Below, in pieces: positions 27,519-36,309 of a stretch of DNA of 38,939 bases. Position 1 is the stretch's first letter. Every line of letters starts with the position of its first letter. The notes under the pieces are model-generated. The model ran no database searches, had not been told where the DNA came from, and saw only the letters and a program-made list of their open reading frames with translations. The translations under genes were made by a program, and so were the position numbers. This DNA comes from Planctomycetota bacterium. Lineage in GTDB: Bacteria > Planctomycetota > Planctomycetia > Pirellulales > UBA1268. The DNA is taken from positions 1-38,939 of the forward strand of contig VGYR01000003.1 of NCBI GenBank assembly GCA_016872925.1. Reading direction: 5' to 3'.

Positions 27519-28669
27519 GAACTGGTCAGGTGGTACGTGGCCAGCCATGCCTTGAAGTCGGGAAGCGTCATGAACTCGACCACCTGCGGGTCGAACAGGT
27601 CCGCCCGGACCGGAGAGGAAGCGTCGGGCACCACGACCCGCAGGCCGGTCGTGAAGATGTCGCCGTCGGGTTGCCCGCTCCTGGGAAACATCTCGGCGAC
27701 CACCCCCTCGTCCTGCTCGATCATGCCCTTGAGCAGCCGGACGGTCTGCACGCCCATCTCGAACGGATTCTGCACCACCATCACGTCGATGTTCCCTTTT
27801 TCCATATGCCCGATGGCCAGATCCTGGGCGTCGAAGGTGGCGACCACGTACCGATCGCGGGTATCGCTTTCCGTGACGACATCGGCGATCGCGGGGGCGT
27901 TGTAGGCCCAGATTCCCACGAGCGCGACGAGATCCTTGTGGTTCTGCGTCGCGTTGCGGACATTGTCGCGGGCGCGGGGCAGATCCATCTCGTCGGCCAT
28001 TCGATCCCGCTCGGCGTAGGCGGAGCCGATCGCCTCCTTGACGCCGTTCATGCGGCTGCGGGCATTGTCGTTGTCGGTGAAGCCGGCGAACTGGACGTAG
28101 CCGCCCTCCTTGGCCGCGCGGGCCTCGAGCAGCGCGCGGGTGGCCGTGCCGAGGGTGCGGCCACCGACGACGTTGTCCGTGCCGATGTAGAAGGAGCGGG
28201 CATCACGGAATGTGTCGCGATTCACGTCGCCGTCGACCGTGATCACCTTGACGCCCTTGCTCCTGAGTTTCCGCATCTCCTCGACGATCGACTGGTTGTC
28301 GGCCTGGATCACGCTGATGGCGACGCCCGCGATGTCGTCCTGCGTCGCATATTGCCGGAGCCGCTCGATCTGCCCCTCGGCGGTGCCGTTGTTCACGTCG
28401 CGGGAAACGGTGAGCCCGGCGGCCTCACAGCCGAACCGCCGTTCCCCTTCCTTCAGGCCGCTGAGGCAGGCATCCCAGAACGGATCATCGCCGTTGGTGA
28501 CGAAGATCAGCCGACTCGGCTTGCGGCTCGCTTCGGCAGCCGGTCGCGGGGTCGGGGCGGCGACGGGATCGGCGGGCTTGCGGGCATCCGAGCAGCCGAG
28601 GGCTGCAAGCGAGACGGCGGCGGCGGTGCCGATGCACAGCCTGCCAAGGATCGATGCGAAGCGGAACAT
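27515..28669 (-). CDS. Sugar ABC transporter substrate-binding lipoprotein
   Basis: GGAGG SD and lipobox AALG|C. Periplasmic binding protein type 1 motifs DPFW, VITVD.D, YIGTDN..GG, TFD and VQNPFEMG. Confidence 0.93.
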   Translation of the reverse strand: MFRFASILGRLCIGTAAAVSLAALGCSDARKPADPVAAPTPRPAAEASRKPSRLIFVTNGDDPFWDACLSGLKEGERRFGCEAAGLTVSRDVNNGTAEGQIERLRQYATQDDIAGVAISVIQADNQSIVEEMRKLRSKGVKVITVDGDVNRDTFRDARSFYIGTDNVVGGRTLGTATRALLEARAAKEGGYVQFAGFTDNDNARSRMNGVKEAIGSAYAERDRMADEMDLPRARDNVRNATQNHKDLVALVGIWAYNAPAIADVVTESDTRDRYVVATFDAQDLAIGHMEKGNIDVMVVQNPFEMGVQTVRLLKGMIEQDEGVVAEMFPRSGQPDGDIFTTGLRVVVPDASSPVRADLFDPQVVEFMTLPDFKAWLATYHLTSS

Positions 28670-28690
28670 GGAACGCCTCCAGGAGGTCAG

Positions 28691-29191
28691 TCAGTATCGC
28701 AGGCCGTTCTTTCGCAGGTGAATCGCTGGCTCGAAACCGGTGCCTCCTGCGGCTCGGACTTCTGCCAGCACCACGACGTGGTCGCCGGCGGAGGCCCGGG
28801 CCGTTGGCCGACAGTCGAGCCACGCGGCGGCGTCGGCGAGCGCCGCCGCGCCGCCGGCCGTGCGGACGACCTCCAGGCCGGCGAAAGGATCCGGGTCAGG
28901 CTTGCCGAATCGCGCGAGAAGCGATCGCTGCGACTCGGCCAGAACGCTGACGGTGAATCCTGCGCCCCGGTCGATGGCCCCGAGCAGAGTCCGGGAGGTG
29001 GCGACCGCCACGCTCACCTGCGGCGGCGTGAAACCCGCCTGCATGACCCAGCTGGCGAGCATGCAGCGATCGGCATCGCCTTCCCGCCATGCCACGACGA
29101 ACAGGCCGCTGGGAACGCGGCCGAGGGCTGCTGCGACCGCAGCGTCGTCGGCCGGGGTGTCAGTCTGGGCGGCTGGCTGCATGGACGTCAT
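28691..29191 (-). CDS. Flavin reductase-like domain protein
   Basis: ALGRVPSGLFVV, MLASWVMQAGF.PP, A.AWLDC, GDHVVV, HLRKNGLRY. Start at MTSM inferred. Confidence 0.88.
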   Translation of the reverse strand: MTSMQPAAQTDTPADDAAVAAALGRVPSGLFVVAWREGDADRCMLASWVMQAGFTPPQVSVAVATSRTLLGAIDRGAGFTVSVLAESQRSLLARFGKPDPDPFAGLEVVRTAGGAAALADAAAWLDCRPTARASAGDHVVVLAEVRAAGGTGFEPAIHLRKNGLRY

Positions 29192-29435
29192 GCGGATGAT
29201 TGAGGAGGCCGCGGCAGTCTGGCGAACATCGATCTTCGCGGTCTTGCCCCGTTTCCCAGGCTGCGGCCCATCCGCGGGCCGTCCGTTCCTGGTCCTTTCG
29301 GAAACCGGTCCGATGTGCCGATCACTCTGTGGATGCCGATCCGGCGACCATAGAGTGTCGCCGCGGTGATCCGGCTTTGCAAGCCGCGCGTCGTGTGCCA
29401 CGGTCTCGGAGATGCCGCCGGTTCTGCACCTCGCC

Positions 29436-30587
29436 ATGACTCCGTTTCTCCACTCCGGATCGCGTGTGACTCGCCCGCGGAACGGGCGCCGCTGCGCTCG
29501 CGGCCGGCTGTCGAGTCGGGCGCTGATGGGTCTGGTGGCGGTGGCTGCGGTCATGGGGCCCGTGGGACGCTCGCCAGGCGACGTCGTCCCGCCGGCCGCC
29601 GTCGAATCACTGCCCCCGCTCACCTTTCCGGACGACGAGTTCTACGCCGGTGGTGGTGAGGTCCAGTCGCTTCCCCCGGCCCGGTCCTCGGGCCCGGTGG
29701 TGCTCGACGGCGGCTGCGATCCGGGAGGGTCGTGCGTCGAAGGGTGTCCAGGCGCGGGGGGCTACCCGGATTGCTTCGACGACCTCTGGGCGCCGCGGCC
29801 CTGGGGCTGGCAGCTGCTGCCGAACAACCTGATCTACACGAGCTATCTCGCGGGCCCCAAGGAACCGCGGATCGGATCGGTGTGGTACGACGACACCGCC
29901 ACCGACCCACTGGATCCCTCGAAGGAGAATGGTTGGCTCTGGGACACCACGCTCGGGGGCCGCGCATCGATCCTCCGCTATGGCTCCGATACGGTGCTGC
30001 ACCCACAGGGCTTCGAGGTGCAGATCGAGGGTGCGGCGTTCGTCCGGCTCGACCCGCAGGACGATCGCGATCTGCGGTCGGCCGACTACCGGTTCGGCGT
30101 GCCGCTCGTCTACGGCATCGGCCGCTGGCAGACGAAGCTGGCGTACTACCACAACAGCGCCCACCTCGGTGACGAGGCGATGCTCAAGTACCCGACCTTC
30201 CCGCGGGTGAACTACGTCCGCGACTGCATCGTGTGGGGCAATTCCTGGTACGTCTTCGACTGGCTCCGGCTGTACGGGGAAGTGGGCTACTCGTTCTACA
30301 ACTCCGGAGGGTCGCAGCCCTGGGAGTTTCAGTATGGGACGGAGCTCATCCAGGCGCGACCGACCGGCATTCAGGGCGCTCCGTTTCTCGCGATCAACGG
30401 GATGTCGAGGCAGGAGCGCGACTGGGGGGGCAACGTCTGCCTCCAGACGGGTTGGGCCTGGCGCGGCAGCCGCAGTGAGAAACTTTTCCGGATCGGGTTC
30501 GAGTATCTTCAGGGCTCCGATCCGCAATACGAGTTCGTCTTCTACAGCCAGAACCGCTGCGGCATCGGGATGTGGTACGACTACTGA
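29436..30587 (+). CDS. DUF1207 family protein, probable outer-membrane beta-barrel; start uncertain
   Basis: Y.SYLAGPKEPR, DYRFGVPL and YYH.S.HLGDE motifs. Amphipathic strands and an aromatic C-terminus (WYDY). Confidence 0.75.
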   Translation: MTPFLHSGSRVTRPRNGRRCARGRLSSRALMGLVAVAAVMGPVGRSPGDVVPPAAVESLPPLTFPDDEFYAGGGEVQSLPPARSSGPVVLDGGCDPGGSCVEGCPGAGGYPDCFDDLWAPRPWGWQLLPNNLIYTSYLAGPKEPRIGSVWYDDTATDPLDPSKENGWLWDTTLGGRASILRYGSDTVLHPQGFEVQIEGAAFVRLDPQDDRDLRSADYRFGVPLVYGIGRWQTKLAYYHNSAHLGDEAMLKYPTFPRVNYVRDCIVWGNSWYVFDWLRLYGEVGYSFYNSGGSQPWEFQYGTELIQARPTGIQGAPFLAINGMSRQERDWGGNVCLQTGWAWRGSRSEKLFRIGFEYLQGSDPQYEFVFYSQNRCGIGMWYDY

Positions 30588-30629
30588 GCGGGGGTCCGGA
30601 GCGGCCGCCGATCCTGCGATCGCTCTGCC

Positions 30630-31670
30630 ATGCCACTCCTCGCGATCGAGACGACCTGCGACGAGACTGCGGCCGCGGTGATTGCCCGCAGCCGTGAGGT
30701 GCTCTCGAGCGTGGTCGCCTCGCAGGAGCACCTGCACGCCCGCTGGCGAGGCGTCGTCCCGGAGGTGGCTTCACGGGCACACGTCGACCGGATCGTGCCC
30801 GTGATCGATCAGGCGCTGGACCGGTCCGGCCTGTCGATCCATGACATCGAGGCGGTGGGTGTTGCCGTCCGGCCCGGACTCGTCGGCTCGCTGTTGGTCG
30901 GCCTGGCCGCCGGAAAGGCGATCGCCGCGGCCCGCGGCGTGCCCATCGTGGGCTACGATCACGTGCTTGCCCACCTCTACGCCTGTCGTCTCGCCCGCGG
31001 CGAAGCCCTGGAGTACCCCTGCGTCGGCCTCGTCGCCAGCGGCGGGCACACGTCGCTGTTTCGCATGGATGGGCCGCTCGAGGCCACTCGGCTCGGAGGG
31101 ACGATCGACGACGCGGCCGGGGAAGCCTTCGACAAGGCGGCCAGCCTGCTCGGCCTCGGCTATCCCGGCGGACCCGAGATCGAGAAAGCGGCGATCGGCG
31201 GCGATGCGCAGGCCCATCGTTTCCCGCGGCCACTCGCAGCCGACCGGGATCGACTCGACCTGAGCTTCAGCGGTTTGAAGACGTCCCTGCGGTACCGGGT
31301 GCGGCCGCCGGGGGCCAGCGGCGAACGACCATGCCCGAGCGGTGCCGGCCTCGCCGATCTTGCCGCATCCTTTCAGCGGGCCGTCGTCGACTCGATCGTC
31401 GCCAAGGTCGATCTGGCCCTCGAGAAGACGGGCTGCACAACGCTGGCGGCGGGGGGTGGGGTCGCGGCCAACACGGCCCTGCGAGAAGCCTTGACAGCCG
31501 TCGGCAGTCGGCGGCGGGTGCAGGTGGTCATTCCGCCCCGAGCCCTGTGCACCGACAACGCCGCCATGGGAGCCATCGCCTGGGAGTTGCTGGAAGGTGG
31601 CCACGACGACGGCGCCATGCTCGACGTCACACCGGGAACGGATCGCTCCGCCGCGGCCCGCCGGGCCTGA
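30630..31670 (+). CDS. tsaD: tRNA N6-adenosine threonylcarbamoyltransferase
   Basis: LAIETTCDETAAA, GVVPEVASRAH, HVLAH, SGGHT, DDAAGEAFDK, SFSGLKT, CTDNAAM. Confidence 0.96.
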   Translation: MPLLAIETTCDETAAAVIARSREVLSSVVASQEHLHARWRGVVPEVASRAHVDRIVPVIDQALDRSGLSIHDIEAVGVAVRPGLVGSLLVGLAAGKAIAAARGVPIVGYDHVLAHLYACRLARGEALEYPCVGLVASGGHTSLFRMDGPLEATRLGGTIDDAAGEAFDKAASLLGLGYPGGPEIEKAAIGGDAQAHRFPRPLAADRDRLDLSFSGLKTSLRYRVRPPGASGERPCPSGAGLADLAASFQRAVVDSIVAKVDLALEKTGCTTLAAGGGVAANTALREALTAVGSRRRVQVVIPPRALCTDNAAMGAIAWELLEGGHDDGAMLDVTPGTDRSAAARRA

Positions 31671-31677
31671 ACGACGT

Positions 31678-33138
31678 TCAGAATCCGGCTGCGTTGAACT
31701 GTTCGAACTCGTCGTAGGGCCGGTGCTCGAGATTCACGAATCTCGTGAAGTCGTGCTGCCAGAGCAGCTTCACGTCGCCGATCGGCCCGTTCCGCTGCTT
31801 GGCCACGATGATTTCAGCCTGGCCGCGAACCCGCTCCCGATCCTCGTCGTTGGTCTGGTAGTACTCCTCCCGGTGCACGAACATCACCACGTCGGCGTCC
31901 TGCTCGATGGCGCCGGACTCCCGGAGATGGTTGAGTCGGGGTCGGTTGTCGCGGGAGACTTCCGCCTGCCGGTTCAGCTGGGCGAGGCAGAGGACCGGGA
32001 TGTCCAGCTCGCGTGACATCGCCTTCAGCCGACGGGCGATGCGGGCCACCTGCTCCTGCCGCGGATCTCGGGGGTTGTCGGGCTCGATCAGCTGCAGGTA
32101 GTCGATCACGATCAGCGCAAGCCCCTGCTTCCGCTTCAGCCGGCGGGCCACCGCGGCGATTTCGGTGAGCGTGCGGCTGGGGGTGTCGTCGATGAACAGC
32201 GGGGCCGAACTGATCTCCGAGGACTTCTGCACGAGGCGGCGACGGTCCTCCTGCGAGATCGTGCCGTTTCGCAGCCGATGGCCGTTGACTTGCGACGCGG
32301 AGCAGAGCAGGCGGTCGGCCAGTTCCAGGCTCGCCATCTCGAGGCTCACGAACAGCACCGGCTGCTTCATCGTGATCGCGATATGTTCGGCGATGTTCAT
32401 CGCGAAGGCCGTCTTGCCCATGCTCGGACGGGCCGCCAGGATCACCAGCTCCGAGTTGTGAAGGCCCCCGCACAGCGAGTCGAGATCCGTGAAGCCCGTC
32501 TCGACGCCGCCGATCGCATGCTCATGACGCATCCGGGCGTCCATCCGCACCATCACCTCTTCGAGCACGGCCTGGATGGGCTTCGCCTCCGCGGAACTGC
32601 GACGCTCGAGAATCGAGAAGATCTTTTCCTCGGCCCGGGCGAGGAGCTGCCGAGGCTCGTCGCCCGCGTCGTAGGCGTCGCGGAGAATGTCGGTGCCGGC
32701 GTCGATCAGGGCCCTGAGGATCGCCTTGTCGCGAACGATCGCGGCATAGTGGGTGGCGTGGGCGGCGTGCGGCACGGCCTGAACCACGTCGGCGAGGGCG
32801 GCGGCACCCCCGATCCGCTCGAAGTCGCCCTGGGTTCGGAGCCGCTCGACCACGATCGTGGCATCGATTCGCTTGCCGGAGTCGTGCAACTCGAGAAGGT
32901 GGCGGTACAGGAGCTGATGCGACTCGTCGGAGAAATCCTCCGGGCGGACCACGAGCGAGATGTCGTCGCAGACATCGGGCTTGAGAAGAATGCTGCCCAG
33001 GACGGCCCGTTCGGCATCGACGTTGGCAGGTCGATCCTGGGGCTCGAGCAGTCGCGTGGCCGACGGGCCACCGGCCACCGGACGCCGGGAACGGCGATCT
33101 GGCGAGTCACTGCCGCCGTCACGATTCGATGGAGCCAT
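31678..33138 (-). CDS. dnaB: Replicative DNA helicase
   Basis: AERAVLG, AARPSMGKT, SLEM, IDYLQL, QLNR, LRESGAIEQDAD, KQRNGP. GGGAGG SD precedes ATG 33138. No intein. Confidence 0.97.
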   Translation of the reverse strand: MAPSNRDGGSDSPDRRSRRPVAGGPSATRLLEPQDRPANVDAERAVLGSILLKPDVCDDISLVVRPEDFSDESHQLLYRHLLELHDSGKRIDATIVVERLRTQGDFERIGGAAALADVVQAVPHAAHATHYAAIVRDKAILRALIDAGTDILRDAYDAGDEPRQLLARAEEKIFSILERRSSAEAKPIQAVLEEVMVRMDARMRHEHAIGGVETGFTDLDSLCGGLHNSELVILAARPSMGKTAFAMNIAEHIAITMKQPVLFVSLEMASLELADRLLCSASQVNGHRLRNGTISQEDRRRLVQKSSEISSAPLFIDDTPSRTLTEIAAVARRLKRKQGLALIVIDYLQLIEPDNPRDPRQEQVARIARRLKAMSRELDIPVLCLAQLNRQAEVSRDNRPRLNHLRESGAIEQDADVVMFVHREEYYQTNDEDRERVRGQAEIIVAKQRNGPIGDVKLLWQHDFTRFVNLEHRPYDEFEQFNAAGF

Positions 33139-33198
33139 CGAGGCGCCTCCCTGCCTCCCGGCCGACGACACGCTGCCCTGCCGTTGTCGGACGACCGA

Positions 33199-33732
33199 CT
33201 ACTTGCTGCCGGCGTCGCTGCTGCTGGGGACGACCCACACCTTGAGGTCTCCCTCCACCTCCGGAGCGAGCCTCACCTTGACCGTGTAGAGGCCGACTTC
33301 CTTCAACGGCCCCTGCAGGATGATCTGATCGGGCGCGACCATGAGGTCGAGCTGCTTGAGCGACCGGGAAATCTCGGGGGCCGCGACGGAGCCGTAGAGG
33401 TGGCCCTCGTCGTTGGCGTTCGCTTCGATCGTGACACTCGCCCGGCTGAGTTCCTGCAGCAGGGAGCGCAGTCCCGCCAGCCGTTCCCGGGCGATCTCCT
33501 CCAGTTTGGCCCGGTGCTTTTCCACCATCCGCTTGTGGTGGTCGGTGGCGACCGTCGCCATCCCCTGGGGCAGGAGATAGTTGTAGGCGTAGCCGCGCTT
33601 CACCTCGACGACCTCCCCCTGCTTGCCGAGGTGGTCGACGTTGTGAACGAGCAGCAGCTCGACTCCGCCGCGCTTGCCCTTCGGCAGGCGGCGACCGCTG
33701 GCTTCGACGAGCGGGGATTCTTTGGTGGGCAT
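33199..33732 (-). CDS. rplI: 50S ribosomal protein L9
   Basis: LGKQGEVVEVKRGYAYNYLLPQG and GHLYGSV. AGGAG SD. Confidence 0.96.
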   Translation of the reverse strand: MPTKESPLVEASGRRLPKGKRGGVELLLVHNVDHLGKQGEVVEVKRGYAYNYLLPQGMATVATDHHKRMVEKHRAKLEEIARERLAGLRSLLQELSRASVTIEANANDEGHLYGSVAAPEISRSLKQLDLMVAPDQIILQGPLKEVGLYTVKVRLAPEVEGDLKVWVVPSSSDAGSK

Positions 33733-33820
33733 GGCGCAACTCCTGGCAATCGAACTCGTGTGTCGGTGGGTGAACAGGACGGGGGGGAAAGGAGCCTTCG
33801 GAATCGGAACGAGACGGGGC

Positions 33821-34303
33821 TCAGAACGGAATGTCGTCGTCGGCAGCCACGCCTCCGGCCGAACGGCCTTCATCATACTCCGGCTCCGCTGGGGCATGGT
33901 CGTCGCCGCCGCCGGAGGCTTCCCGGCCGGCCGGTCGCTGCGCTCGCCCAGGGCCGCCGCTCCGCTGGCCGTCTCCCTTGGAGCCCAAGAGCACCATTTT
34001 CTCGCCGACCACGCGGAGCTTGGAGTTCTTCTTGCCGTCCTTCTCCCAGGTGTCGAGCTTGAGCCGGCCCTCGATCATCAACGGCGCGCCCTTGGACACG
34101 TATTCGCCGGCTATCTCGGCGGTCCGGCCCCAGAGCGTGATGTCGACGAAGGTGGTCTCGTCGACCCACTCCCCGGATGCCGTCTTGCGGCGGTCGTTCA
34201 CCGCGAGGCCGATCTCGGTCACAGCCGTGCCGCTCGAGATGTACCGCAGTTCCGGATCCCTGGTCACGTTGCCCAGCAGCACCACCCTGTTGAAACTCGC
34301 CAT
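33821..34303 (-). CDS. ssb: Single-stranded DNA-binding protein
   Basis: [17 protein letters not shown] and the C-terminal DDDIPF. AAGGAGG SD. Confidence 0.97.
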   Translation of the reverse strand: MASFNRVVLLGNVTRDPELRYISSGTAVTEIGLAVNDRRKTASGEWVDETTFVDITLWGRTAEIAGEYVSKGAPLMIEGRLKLDTWEKDGKKNSKLRVVGEKMVLLGSKGDGQRSGGPGRAQRPAGREASGGGDDHAPAEPEYDEGRSAGGVAADDDIPF

Positions 34304-34408
34304 GGTTTTTGCCTCCTTCGAGAAACTGAACTGATGTTCACTTCAGTATCTTAGTCCCGACCGTGCCGGGCCGCAACCTGGTTTCTCGGCTGATGGCTCC
34401 CTGGGATG

Positions 34409-34786
34409 CTAGTGGGCCGGCGCGGGTGACGGGGGGGCGGCCGTCCGCTTGGGGGCGGCCTCGCCCGCCAGGGCGTGCTGCACGAGCGCGTCGGCGATCC
34501 TGGCATCCACCGTGAGCACGAGTTTGCGGATGATCTCGTCGGTGATTTCGCACTGCCGCTCGAAGGGCACGAGGTTGCCGCCCGGCATCTTGAAGTAGGT
34601 CAGCCAGTACACGCCCTTCTTGTTGCCCTTGATGGGATACGCGAGTTTCCGCTCGTCCCACAGGCGGGCGGCCAGCACGCTCCCGCCGTGGGCCGTGATC
34701 AAATCGGCTACCTGCTGGGCGGCGGCCGAAGGATCCCGGGCGAACTTTGCGGGATCGAGAATGAACATGCCCTCGTAGACCGCCAT
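34409..34786 (-). CDS. rpsF: 30S ribosomal protein S6
   Basis: YEGMFILDP and W.ERKLAYPI…KGVY. GAGGAG SD. Confidence 0.96.
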   Translation of the reverse strand: MAVYEGMFILDPAKFARDPSAAAQQVADLITAHGGSVLAARLWDERKLAYPIKGNKKGVYWLTYFKMPGGNLVPFERQCEITDEIIRKLVLTVDARIADALVQHALAGEAAPKRTAAPPSPAPAH

Positions 34787-34854
34787 GAAAATCAAACTCC
34801 TCTGCGTTGGGTTGGCTAGGTGAGTGGGAACAGGATTGTACGTCGCGTCGTTGC

Positions 34855-34889
34855 CCGGTGGGTGCGTCAGGTTCCGGTGGGTGCGTCAG
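34855..34889. repeat. 16-bp direct repeat that includes the pth stop codon
   Basis: CCGGTGGGTGCGTCAG at 34855-34870 and 34874-34889. Confidence 0.85.
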
Positions 34890-35443
34890 TTGTGAGCGTT
34901 CATGGCCGCCTGAATGCCCAGGCCGACCCAGTCCTCCGCAGCCGTCGCCGCACGGTCGACCACGGCGGCAACCCGCTCCCGGTCGGCCTGCGAAAACTTG
35001 CCGAGGACGAAATCCGCGGCCTTGCGTCCGGCCGGAACCGGCCCGATGCCCAGCCTGAGCCGGGGAATCGATTCGGTACCCAGCCGAACCAGCACGTCGG
35101 CCAGTCCGTTCTGTCCGCCCGACGATCCCGCGGGCCGGAGCCGGACGGTGTCGAGCGGCAGGTTGAAGTCATCGCAGATTACGATCATGTCAGAATCCTG
35201 GATCTTGTAGAAGTCCCTCGCCGCCAGCACGCTGGAACCGCTGAGATTCATCCAGGTGAGGGGCCAGAGGAGCAGGGCCGGCACGCCCCGGATCGTCGCC
35301 TGGGCCACTTCCCCCTGGAAGCGTTGCCGACGGCTTGGCGAACCCGCTCGGCGGGCGAGCACCTCCAGCACCTCGAAGCCAACGTTGTGTCGCGTGTCCT
35401 TGGAGGCGTTTCCCGGGTTTCCCAGGCCGACAAGAAGTTTCAC
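34886..35443 (-). CDS. pth: Peptidyl-tRNA hydrolase
   Basis: VGLGNPG…TRHNVG, P.TWMNLSG, ICDD, GGQNG, RLRLGIG. GTG 35443; an in-frame ATG at 35488 coupled to the rplY stop is an alternative start. Confidence 0.95.
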   Translation of the reverse strand: MKLLVGLGNPGNASKDTRHNVGFEVLEVLARRAGSPSRRQRFQGEVAQATIRGVPALLLWPLTWMNLSGSSVLAARDFYKIQDSDMIVICDDFNLPLDTVRLRPAGSSGGQNGLADVLVRLGTESIPRLRLGIGPVPAGRKAADFVLGKFSQADRERVAAVVDRAATAAEDWVGLGIQAAMNAHN

Positions 35444-35487
35444 GGTCGGACCATGCCCTGGCGAACCTCGTGCGCAGGCCGCAGCCA

Positions 35488-36123
35488 TCACTCCTTGGAA
35501 ACTTCGGCCTCACCCTCGTCGCCGGCCTTGCGACCGATGACTTCGGGTTCGACGCCGCCGGTCGGGGCGACCTCTTCGGCCCGCTTGCCGGGAAGGGCAC
35601 ACGTGATGACGGTCTCCTCTGGGTCGCCGGCAGGCCGGGCACCGTGCAGGAGTTCGAGATCCTTGACCTTCAGTGCGTGGCCCAATTCCAGGTGACCGAC
35701 GTTGGCGTACACGAACTCAGGCACATGGTCGGCGGTGCAGTCGAGATCGACCTCGTGCAGCACGAGGTTGACGATCCCCCCCGCCCGCTGGCCGGGACAT
35801 TCACCCTTGAGGTGCACCGGCACCTTGACGCGGATGTGCTCCGAGGCGCTCACGCGGAGAAAATCGACGTGGATCGGCTCCACGCCATAGGTGTCCCACT
35901 GCAGTTCCTTGACGAGGGCCGCCGTCTTGACCGCCCCGGTCAGATTGACGACCCGGCTGCCATGCCGCACCGCCGCCTGCACCGCCTCGCGGCTTGCCGA
36001 CAGGTCGACGCACTTCTCGCCGTGGCCGTAGAGGATCGCGGGCACGCGGCCCTGCGTGCGAAGCCTGCGGCTGTCGCGGGAACCCTTGCCCTTGCGGAGG
36101 GCGACTTCCACCGTGTCACTCAT
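35488..36123 (-). CDS. rplY: 50S ribosomal protein L25/Ctc (long form)
   Basis: SRRLR..GRVPAILYG, HVDF, VPVHLKG..PG…GG, EPEVIG. Confidence 0.95.
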   Translation of the reverse strand: MSDTVEVALRKGKGSRDSRRLRTQGRVPAILYGHGEKCVDLSASREAVQAAVRHGSRVVNLTGAVKTAALVKELQWDTYGVEPIHVDFLRVSASEHIRVKVPVHLKGECPGQRAGGIVNLVLHEVDLDCTADHVPEFVYANVGHLELGHALKVKDLELLHGARPAGDPEETVITCALPGKRAEEVAPTGGVEPEVIGRKAGDEGEAEVSKE

Positions 36124-36309
36124 CGAAACTCTCGCGTTTTTTACCTGGAAAACCCGGTCCGAAGCCCGTAAGTGTGCCATCCCCGACGGCTTCCGCAAGG
36201 CTGGACCGTGGCGGCCGCAGACCACGCGAATCCAGGGCCCTTCGGGGCTCGGCTCAGGGTTTGGCTCTGGCTTGGCTCGAACGTGCCGCGGCCGGCCGTA
36301 AGGACGGAA

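Noticed and set aside
31678-33138. Intein in dnaB
   Set aside because: The length is normal and the helicase motifs are contiguous.
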